A DNA stretch of 64,000 nt from Takakia lepidozioides (lineage: Eukaryota > Plantae > Bryophyta), in contig CM060732.1 in assembly GCA_030704615.1 (NCBI GenBank), positions 24,056,001 to 24,120,000 of the forward strand, read 5' to 3'. The notes beneath the pieces are model-generated. The model searched no databases, was not told where the DNA came from, and worked only from the letters and a program-made list of their open reading frames with translations. Below, piece by piece: positions 13,210 to 21,369 of the stretch. Position 1 is the first letter of the stretch. Each line of letters starts with the position of its first letter. Position numbers and translations under genes: made by a program.

Positions 13210-14526
13210 TCAATGACAAGGCCTCATCCTGCCCCATCGTCTCATCATTGAGAACCTCCTCATCCCGAGAAGAATCCCCAACCCATCCATCACAGCTGCC
13301 TTCGCTGCCAACTCCCTCTGAACCTCGAGCACCTCCCACATGTGCCATGGATGTCTACACCTCGTGGTCCTCACCGGCTCGCCCCCACTCGCTGCCTGTA
13401 CCGTCTCGGTAGGCAGAGAGACCGTCAAGGGAAGTGCACTCCGCACTCTACGTTGCTCAGCCATAGCCAAGCTGACAATCCAGGTCAAGCAATTGAGATC
13501 CATTGCTTGCCCCAACACCTGACGACGTGATGCCTCAGAAAGAGAAGGCACCGCCGTGGTCCCAGTGTGAAAAAACCCCATAGCCCGCTCTCGCTCGTCG
13601 GCATTAGGCTCCACTAACTGCTGCAACTGAGCATCCCACAAGAGGCCAGGTCCACCATCCCGAAAAGCATGGGATCCTGGGAAGCTGAGCAGTGTAGGTA
13701 ATGCTGCTCGTGGTTGACCCACCCTGTTGACCACTGCCAAAGGCGAACGGTCATCGTGTCTCACACGTTGAGACTGCCTTCCTGTGTCCAAAATGCCATC
13801 CACGGTGAGGTGTGCTGGCCGCTGCACCCCATCAAATGCACGCTTGAGCAGTGCGGGTGGCATCAAGTTAGTCCACCATAGTCGTGGACGATGAGCCCGT
13901 GACCCCACTGCAGCTGCATCCAGCAACACTGCTGACCCAAGCCACGACCGGACTTGATGCACACTGGCCATCACCCTGGCCCGAGAATCACCCATCAGTG
14001 GTACATTCTCCAAGATGTATGCTGGAGATACAGCTTGATGAAGCTGCAAGCAGCGCAAAATCCGCACCATCTCCCAAAACAGACCCGTCCTCGAGTCTCG
14101 CAATCCATTGCCATGCCCGGCTGATGAATGCCCTTGGCAGGGCCAACCTGCCACTATCAGATCAATGGAGCCAACCTGCTCCAAATCTTGCGCCCCCAAC
14201 AAGGAAATGTCTGCTGGCAAGGCTTGTTGGTATCCACGAACTGCAGACACAGGCAACAAGTCAGGGTACTGCTGTACCAACTGAGCCACATGGCGCAGTG
14301 AGACACGTCGTGCAGTCTCATCCCTCTCCACATACAGGTAACGCCTTACCCGCACACCTGCCTGTAGCACAGCAGCCAATCCGGTGCTGATCCCGCCAAA
14401 CAAGTCCAGAAGGCAAATGCCTTCATCCGGCCGCTGCCACATAAGAGGTGTGGTGTCCAATGACGACAACTGAGGTGGCCCTGGTGCGATCACCGCACTC
14501 TCCTCCTCTCTTGACGGTACAAAAGC
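13210..14526 (-). CDS. DNMT3-like C5-cytosine DNA methyltransferase domain within the element C polyprotein
   Basis: Motif I LDLFGGISTG, IV IDLIVAGWPCQ, VI YILENV, VIII LLDAAAVGSRAHRPRLWWTNL, IX ERERAMGF, X RRQVLGQAMD. In frame with gag-PR after a single TAA. Confidence 0.92.
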   Translation of the reverse strand, partial: AFVPSREEESAVIAPGPPQLSSLDTTPLMWQRPDEGICLLDLFGGISTGLAAVLQAGVRVRRYLYVERDETARRVSLRHVAQLVQQYPDLLPVSAVRGYQQALPADISLLGAQDLEQVGSIDLIVAGWPCQGHSSAGHGNGLRDSRTGLFWEMVRILRCLQLHQAVSPAYILENVPLMGDSRARVMASVHQVRSWLGSAVLLDAAAVGSRAHRPRLWWTNLMPPALLKRAFDGVQRPAHLTVDGILDTGRQSQRVRHDDRSPLAVVNRVGQPRAALPTLLSFPGSHAFRDGGPGLLWDAQLQQLVEPNADERERAMGFFHTGTTAVPSLSEASRRQVLGQAMDLNCLTWIVSLAMAEQRRVRSALPLTVSLPTETVQAASGGEPVRTTRCRHPWHMWEVLEVQRELAAKAAVMDGLGILLGMRRFSMMRRWGRMRPCH

Positions 14527-17373
14527 TTATTCCCAAGCTTGTTGCACCCGTCCATCAGCAGCTTGCTGCAAATCCTTGCTCGTACCCCACAACGGAGTGT
14601 GAGCAACCATGGCAGGCAACTCCGCCGTACCATGCATGTCATCCTGCTCTGCTGGAGGTGGCACATCCTCTGCATGGGCATTGCCTTCCAGCAACTCTCC
14701 AGGCCAACTAACGGCAGCTGTGAAGGCGGCTAGTGTTGGCATCTTGCCCCGCTGGGCAGCTGCAATACCCCCAATGAATGTCACAGGGAGCTGTGCACGG
14801 CAACCATCCCCCGACTGCCATCCAGGCCTGTAGGATGCTGACTCCTCCCAGAAATCCAGGGTGAAGCCCATGGGGTATAACACTGCCCCACCAACGAGGA
14901 CATCGTAAGAGACCGCGTCTGTCACAATGGCCTTGGCTCGCATCACTGAGCCATCTACAGGATGATCCAGCTGCAGTCTAATAGCCAACTGATGTCGTGT
15001 CATGCCGCGAGCCTGCTCTGATCCTCCCAGAGATGTCTGTATCTGGAAAGGACAAGGCTCCATATCCGCCTCCATGAGGCCCAAACCTGCAATAGCAGCT
15101 CTGCCCAACATCAGTGGCTGAGCTCCTGAGTCCAACAAGACTCGTAGTGGCCGGTACTTCTTGCCTGCCGGTCCACTCAAAGTGAAAATGCCTCCCTGGT
15201 TGTCTAACAAGACAACTCCAGGTGTCACCATGGCGCGCTCAATGGCTGGCCTAGCTGGCAGCTCCGTCAACCTGGCAGCTGCAACTTGCCATGGCGCAGC
15301 CGTGGCAGTCTTGACCCTCAAATCCGAGGATCCCTCTGCCACTACACCTTCCACTAACTCCGCAGAAGATGAAGTGACCTCCCCACTCTCACAGAGTGTT
15401 GCTGCTAGTCTGAACACTGCAGCTGGTCTCACCCCCGGCGTCGCAATCATTGTTGCCAAGAACAGTGGGGCCTGACACACAGAGGTGGCTGCCCCCAATA
15501 ACACACCGGCCGCACTAGCCTTGGCAGCAGGAGTCAATGCTGCACGTGTAGCTCTCCCCAATGGCATAGTAACCTCCGCCTCAGTAACAGTCGGGCGAGA
15601 ACTAGGTGCCATGGATGGCGTCGACATAGTCTCCGCCAATGTGAATGACTGAGGAAGCCTTGCCTGACGGCTTGTCTCCCCACGCTGTGGATCCAATTCC
15701 ACCTCTGCACCTCGTGGCTCAGGAACTCGTGCTGCTCCTCGAGTCACGGCTGCAGCAGACTCCACCTGCTCTAGTGGTAGTGCTGCTCCGCACATAAATC
15801 CCATGCCTCCCATATCTCCTCCCTCAGGAGCAGGAGGTGGACCATCCCGCCTGGGAGCCGGTACCGCCTGAGCTATAGCCATGGCAGCGAGCCTCTGCTC
15901 TAGCTGCTGAAGCCGGTTGGCCATGCCTTGATCAACGCCCTGACCACCGCGTCCTTGGCCATGTTGAGCTTGCCCTTGGCCTGCACCTCGTGCCCGACCA
16001 CCTCGTCCTCTCTGGGCTGGTCCACCTCGCCCCCGGCCACCATTGTTCCCTTGGAACTGGCCTGGGCGCAACTCAGGATGCAAGTCATAACACTGGGCAT
16101 CTCCATGCCCATACTTGCCACAATGCACACACTGCAACTGTGCAGGCTGTGCTTGTGCTGGCCTTCTGCCACTCTCTGGGCAATCTCTCTTGACATGGGG
16201 TCCTCCACATGTCCAACATATCACCCCTGGTTGCTGTTGGCCTGCAAAAGATGCCACGGGCCTCTGCACTTGAGGTCCCCTGTAAGCTCCATGGAACTTG
16301 GGCTGGGCAACCTTGCCCCCCTGACCACGCTGTTGGGCAGTCCCTTGTGTCTGTGGGCTGACAGTTGTGCCCCGTACAGGCATGTCCTTGCCAAATCCAA
16401 TTGTAACAACTCGCTCCTCCACCATGTTGAGCTCAATCCGCTCAGCCAGTAGAAACACATCTGTTAATGTGGGTTGGGCTGCTTGTAACAGGGTTGCATC
16501 TCGCACCCTTCTCTTGAGCTCCTTGTCCAGAATTCCATACCAAAACTGGATTGCCTGAGCTTCAGTAACCCCTTGGGTCACACTTATCAAGCGCCTCATA
16601 CGAGTGTACGCCTCTCGCAGGCTCTCACTGGGTTTGCGCTGGAAGTCTTGCAAACTTCGCAGCTTCTCTGTCCGTACACCTTGGTAGTTCCTCCGCAAAT
16701 CCTGGAAGAACTCCACCACCGGGTTGAATCTAGGCACATGTGTTGTAGTCGTGGCAGGAGGAGTAGTAGCACCTTTTGAACTGGTACCACCTGCAGAAGT
16801 ACCAGCACTACTTGCTCCACTACTAGTGCTGGCAGTGGGAGCTATTGGTACTGATGTAGCTACTGGTCGCGTCGTGCCTCGAGTAATGGAGACGTAGTCA
16901 GGTGACCAATACATCCTCCACTCCTCAATCTCTGCTTCATGTCCTCGCCTGAACTCGTGGTAATCGTCCATAGGCGGGCCTTCCAAATGCTGGAACAGTC
17001 CCTTCCACGCCATGAATGGGGTGAATAGCTGTGGATTGCGCATCTGCTGCAAATCACACCAGCTGTCAAACTCCTGGATAAAGTCATCCAACTCAATTGT
17101 GCCCACAGCTCCAGAGTACCTACGAGGCCCCTTGGTAGCTCCATACATCTCCTCCATGTCGTCCCACAACAATGGCGAATGAAAGTGCACACTTGTTGAT
17201 GAAGCCTCCGAGTCTGTGTCTGACTCTACAGTAATTGAAGGTGGCGGTGAAGGTGGTCTGAACCGAATACCTCGTCTTGTGAACCCACTCTCACTGTTAC
17301 TGCCTGTAGCCGTACTCCCCTCAAAACCCTTGGGTAACTCCGTAATGACACTCATAATGTGCACCTCCTCCAC
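14527..17373 (-). CDS. gag: Element C gag-protease (two CCHC-type zinc knuckles, RGG-rich region, aspartic protease)
   Basis: 948-aa open frame; FQRKPSESLREAYTR capsid-like motif; CWTCGGPHVKRDC and CVHCGKYGHGDAQC; VLLDSGAQP...YDVLVG protease. Confidence 0.88.
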   Translation of the reverse strand: MEEVHIMSVITELPKGFEGSTATGSNSESGFTRRGIRFRPPSPPPSITVESDTDSEASSTSVHFHSPLLWDDMEEMYGATKGPRRYSGAVGTIELDDFIQEFDSWCDLQQMRNPQLFTPFMAWKGLFQHLEGPPMDDYHEFRRGHEAEIEEWRMYWSPDYVSITRGTTRPVATSVPIAPTASTSSGASSAGTSAGGTSSKGATTPPATTTTHVPRFNPVVEFFQDLRRNYQGVRTEKLRSLQDFQRKPSESLREAYTRMRRLISVTQGVTEAQAIQFWYGILDKELKRRVRDATLLQAAQPTLTDVFLLAERIELNMVEERVVTIGFGKDMPVRGTTVSPQTQGTAQQRGQGGKVAQPKFHGAYRGPQVQRPVASFAGQQQPGVICWTCGGPHVKRDCPESGRRPAQAQPAQLQCVHCGKYGHGDAQCYDLHPELRPGQFQGNNGGRGRGGPAQRGRGGRARGAGQGQAQHGQGRGGQGVDQGMANRLQQLEQRLAAMAIAQAVPAPRRDGPPPAPEGGDMGGMGFMCGAALPLEQVESAAAVTRGAARVPEPRGAEVELDPQRGETSRQARLPQSFTLAETMSTPSMAPSSRPTVTEAEVTMPLGRATRAALTPAAKASAAGVLLGAATSVCQAPLFLATMIATPGVRPAAVFRLAATLCESGEVTSSSAELVEGVVAEGSSDLRVKTATAAPWQVAAARLTELPARPAIERAMVTPGVVLLDNQGGIFTLSGPAGKKYRPLRVLLDSGAQPLMLGRAAIAGLGLMEADMEPCPFQIQTSLGGSEQARGMTRHQLAIRLQLDHPVDGSVMRAKAIVTDAVSYDVLVGGAVLYPMGFTLDFWEESASYRPGWQSGDGCRAQLPVTFIGGIAAAQRGKMPTLAAFTAAVSWPGELLEGNAHAEDVPPPAEQDDMHGTAELPAMVAHTPLWGTSKDLQQAADGRVQQAWE

Positions 17374-17892
17374 GTGACACTATAAGGCTCTAGTACTAAT
17401 CTAATAGTGACACGGGTGGGCACCTGTTGCAGTTTAAGGGTCGTATCACAATGGCTCAGGGCACCTGCACCTGCATCCACCGCAAGAACTCCTATGGTTG
17501 GCTGGTCATCAACCCAGCCTCACCATAGAAGAAACACTGGTGGTCTTGCTGGTCATCACTCCAGCCTCACCACCGACAGCATACTCTAGGATTGACCGGT
17601 GATCAAATCCGGCCTAATCCCTATGAAAGCAAGCGCCCACACAAAACCAACATGGCGCACAGTCAAGCATGCAGGTGTTGGGGGGGATCCAAACACAAGA
17701 AATCAAAACATCAACACCCCCACACCAAAATCCAGCTGCAATGCTGATCCTGCAGAATATCCCAGCCCAAAACCCCGGACTGACTGGCCTCCACCAAGAG
17801 AGGCTTTGGCAACTACGAGTACAAGATAATGAAAATAGTACAGAGATGGAGGGGAAGAATAGAAGTTCGCCCAAGCAAGATCTAATCCTGAT

Positions 17893-18642
17893 CTATGCTA
17901 TCAACTTCCAGACTTCTCTCAAAGTGCCTCGCTCTGCGTGATGGTAAGGTGTAGGAGGTATATCTATGTCCAGAAACCTGCCACTAACCTTGTCCCAAGC
18001 TACAGTAGCTCGCTCTAACCAACCCTCCTCCTCTTTCTGCCAGGTAGAGACAAAGCAATACTCCCCTATCTCCCGCTCACTGAACACTAAAGAAAACAAA
18101 GGTAGGGTCTGATAGTCTCTCAACTCGAAAGCTTTGAGACGGTTGCGGGTGTCTTCATTGCGAATGACTGCATCGCCTTCAAACAGAACAAACTTGTCCT
18201 CGCTAATGAACCCCCGCTCGTGGTTGCCTTGTGCAGAGCGTGTCCGACTGCAACACTGTCTAATTGCACAAACTTGTGTAGCTCCTGCTCCTCTGCTCCA
18301 GTACACCACGGCCTTGTGACTGAACACCTTGGTCCCCGGGGCTGTCTTTGGCTGTGTTCCAAGCCTAGCTTTCACCCACTTTGGTATTTCACCTACAGCT
18401 GCAGAACTGCTGGCTCCAACAGAGTTCTGACTGTCCAAGGCGATATTGAGGCCCTCAATGCCAACTACAGCAGTCTGTTGTCTACTGCTAATGCCTGACT
18501 CCCAGTATGCAATCAACTCGTCCAACTGTTCTCCACTCAAATCAGTCTGAGTTCCTTGGGAAACATAAATCTTGTCCCCTTTGGTGCACAGGCTAAGAGA
18601 AGAGACCTGCCCTTCAACGACGTCCTCATTTCCCCCAGCCAT
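17893..18642 (-). CDS. Unknown 249-aa ORF upstream of gag in element C
   Basis: ATG-initiated open frame co-oriented with gag; no recognisable motif. Confidence 0.5.
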   Translation of the reverse strand: MAGGNEDVVEGQVSSLSLCTKGDKIYVSQGTQTDLSGEQLDELIAYWESGISSRQQTAVVGIEGLNIALDSQNSVGASSSAAVGEIPKWVKARLGTQPKTAPGTKVFSHKAVVYWSRGAGATQVCAIRQCCSRTRSAQGNHERGFISEDKFVLFEGDAVIRNEDTRNRLKAFELRDYQTLPLFSLVFSEREIGEYCFVSTWQKEEEGWLERATVAWDKVSGRFLDIDIPPTPYHHAERGTLREVWKLIA

Positions 18643-19469
18643 ACAAGGAGTACATCCACAGATTTGTCTCTAATATAGACCAGCACAGGTTCTAGAGACA
18701 GGATTGTGGATCTTTCATGGCACACTCACACTCTAAAAATTCCATAGATTTTTAGCAGAGTCCCAAAAACAGAAACCAGGTCTAGATAGGTAGATTTCCC
18801 CTTTCTGCAGCTATCCCCTCAAAAACTGAGTCAAACGGAGCTCATTTGACAAAGATATGACCAACCAGGCTCTTTAAACATTTAAATTAGATCAAAAAGG
18901 CTTTGTTTTTTTTTTTTTTTTTTTAACACCAAAACGCTTTTGCCATTACAACTTGTTCCCAGGTTATCTACGAGTTCCCGAGGTCGTTCCCCTCCAGGAT
19001 TCTCCAGGCACCAAGAGCTCGTTAATTCCAACACTCGACCTCAGTTGGGTGGGGTATCACGATTTGCTTTTCTCTGCGCGTGGGCCTGCCTCCTCGAGAC
19101 CTAGAGACTACAAACCAGGAATTGGGGCGATTTCAAGAGCAGATGCACTGCGCAGCACCTTCATGGCTTATGGACAGGCGGCCTGCTGTGATGTGGCCGT
19201 CTTGGCATGGAATCCAAAGCCAAGACCAGCTTGAAGTTCCATCAACTTGGTCTAATTCGCATCTCTCATGTTTTCCTGCAACGGGCATTGACGCCCACAA
19301 TTTCCAGGGCTTGCACTGAAGCATTTCTAAGCTGTTCTTAGGCCACTAACACACCCTGTGTAGCTGCAGAAATTGTTCCCACGGGACCCTATAGATTCAC
19401 CTGTAAGGCTGCTCAACGCCTGAGCTTAGAGTATGGTTGGATCACTTGCTCATTAAAGGCCCACAGAAT

Positions 19470-20057
19470 ATCTACAAAAGGACCCCAGCCTGACCACCAC
19501 CTGCTTGTGCCAGCTTGTTCAAAGATTTGCCCAGGTACTTTCCTTGTCTCTCAGCAACACTCTTTGTTTGCGGTAGGGCTTCCATTAGTAACTGGATCAA
19601 CTGCCAAGCTTCCACCAGGGCACTTCTTCACAGGTAAGGAGTGGACAAAGGAAGAAGATCCAACACCCATTGATCAAACCAGCAGCCCGTATGGCACCTC
19701 CGTCCCATCCGTAAGCACTAATTTGTCTGGCAGAACATCCTTGACTACATCTTGCATCAGCTTTACCCCAGTCTGAAAACAGTTATGCATTTAAGATCCT
19801 CCAGCTTATCCCTCCAAACCCTTGATCAGGTGTCTGGTCGCGTACTCCCGGAGTCGAACATCGAAAGATGAAAAAAAATCTCCTTTGCCTCAATAAGTGT
19901 GACATGGATAAAATCTTTCACATGGCCGAACTAGCCGTACTAGCCGTAGACGTCTCTCCTGATGAGTCACTGAGCTCACCACTAAGTTCCACCCCTGTAG
20001 GACCACCACCTACAACAACACAGTGTAGCAGTCTTGCCTTCTCATCTGCTGATATCC
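19470..20057 (-). pseudogene. NDA: Captured fragment of a type II (alternative) NADH dehydrogenase NDA gene
   Basis: [73 protein letters not shown]. Confidence 0.85.
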
Positions 20058-20152
20058 CTGCAATCCATTTTGAAAAAAAAAAAAAACTGTCCAGGTACTG
20101 CATGCTGGATTGCCTTGTCGGTTGTTGGCTAGTCCCACCACTGCTGTATTTA

Positions 20153-20206
20153 GCCTTCTATCACATGAATCAAGTCGTCCACAGTGGTGTCTTCCCTAAA
20201 CAGCAC
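20153..20206 (-). pseudogene. DRG: Captured fragment of a DRG-family GTPase gene
   Basis: [18 protein letters not shown] versus the conserved DRG motif VLFREDATVDDLIDVIEG. Confidence 0.65.
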
Positions 20207-20709
20207 TTGCCACTACTGTCCTTGTCAATGGTGATTCAGTTAGAGTCACCCCTGAATCACGATAACTTGCAGCCCCAAGTGGCAACGTTCAGATGTGGAC
20301 CCACTTTTGAGACCCACCAAATGTCATTTATGCCCAGTCCTCTGCCAAGTCACAGATACACACAACTAGTTGGATCAGAGCCTTCTTCCGAGCAAGGCAT
20401 TCTTTTCCGCGCTGCAGTGTCATCTGCTGCCAAAAATTTGGAAGACAAGCTTCCACCCACTGTTCCACATCATCATCATCGTTCGTTGTGACTTCAAGCT
20501 TCTGATTCTGCAAAGCCTGGACAGTCAAGCGGTTGTTCATTTGAAAGAGGATCAGTGGTATGCAATGAAGCCTTCAGACATGACACACAAGACCAGAAGA
20601 GCTCCTCTATAAGCTTACTGGTGAAACGATCATCCAGCTTCAAGGATCATGCATAGGTGCCAACTAGCATTTGCTGCTGCATTTTTAAGTATCTCCTTGT
20701 GTACCCCAA

Positions 20710-20829
20710 AGCCTCTAGTGACTTGGTAGCTTCAGCGACTGCAATAACAATGGCGGCTCTGGCATCGTCATCCTCCAGGCGTTTCAGGGCACGCTGAATC
20801 TTGTGGTCACATTCAATGATATGCTTCTC
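20710..20829 (-). pseudogene. LUC7: Captured fragment of a LUC7-like splicing-factor gene
   Basis: IIECDHKIQRALKRLEDDDARAAIVIAVAE resembles plant LUC7-like IVECDRKI.RALKRLE.EDAKAAIAISVSE. Confidence 0.7.
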
Positions 20830-20905
20830 AAACTAATCACTACTTATACGCAGGTAATCTTGCAAGTGCTAACCCTCAACTCCTACCTTGCACTCACAGG
20901 TAAGA

Positions 20906-20921
20906 GCTCATCTTTCTCGAG
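20906..20921 (-). promoter_or_regulatory. Self-priming primer-binding site of element C
   Basis: CTCGAGAAAGATGAGC directly after the LTR-terminal CA is the exact complement of GCTCATCTTTCTCGAG inside the LTR (21119 to 21104). There is no TGG tRNA PBS. Confidence 0.8.
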
Positions 20922-21269
20922 TGATAGAAATCCAACGAACACACTGTGACACAAAACATGAAAACCAAACCATCACTCTTAGAAAATAGTAGTCAAGCCA
21001 GGGGCACCCCAAGCTATGGGGACTCCACCCCACAACAACCTGTACCCCTACATAAGCACACTCAAATCTAAACACATGCAGGAGCTCGGTCGCGCAGGCT
21101 CAACTCGAGAAAGATGAGCCGCGCGACTGCCGCTCTCGTGAAGATAAGACGGACCAGGTGTCAAACTAAACTTGACACCTGATTTAACACTTGACCTAAA
21201 TCCAAGTGTTAAATACAAATAACTAGTTCTATTCTAGCTGTTTTCACACTGTGCTTATTTAACTTGACA
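20922..21269 (-). repeat. Terminal repeat B of element C (348 bp, remaining part of the 5' LTR)
   Basis: Matches 9352-9699 with 4 substitutions counted by eye. Confidence 0.92.
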
Positions 21270-21369
21270 GTGCTTCAGCCCCCCATACCTATCGTTGCCA
21301 TTGCCCCCACCACAGGGGCAACCCCTATTGTGTCCCGACCCCCTGCCCTCAAGGCAAAGGGCCGCGACA

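Larger units (their letters stand above)
9266..21269 (-). mobile_element. Element C: DNMT- and PHD-encoding Ty3/Gypsy-type retrotransposon with split (permuted) LTRs
   Basis: Termini TGTCGT...TTGACA; duplicated target GTGC (9262-9265, 21270-21273); repeats A (9266-9350, 9702-9786) and B (9352-9699, 20922-21269); gag-PR-DNMT-RT-RH-INT-PHD. Confidence 0.93.
3254..21369 (-). mobile_element. Chromovirus B (same family as A) nested in the integrase of A; internally deleted
   Basis: LTRs at 3254-3978 and 8638-9265 plus 21274-21369; near-TSD CGCCG/CGCCT (3249-3253, 21370-21374); PBS TGGTATCAGAGCT at 8623-8635. Confidence 0.93.

Noticed and set aside
13210-14493. Bacterial restriction-modification methyltransferase or contamination
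   Set aside because: It is in frame within a retrotransposon polyprotein, nested in plant TEs with TSDs, and its motifs resemble DNMT3.
19868-20491. 207-aa plus-strand ORF in element C
   Set aside because: Antisense to the captured NDA and DRG fragments, with no recognisable motif.
9266-21269. Element C as a DIRS/Ngaro/PAT tyrosine-recombinase retrotransposon
   Set aside because: The repeat geometry fits, but pol is Gypsy-type with a protease and DDE integrase and no YR motif is visible. Simple recombination across a GC core would give ...TTGACA-GC-TTCAG on the right, whereas ...TTGACA-GTGC-TTCAG is seen.
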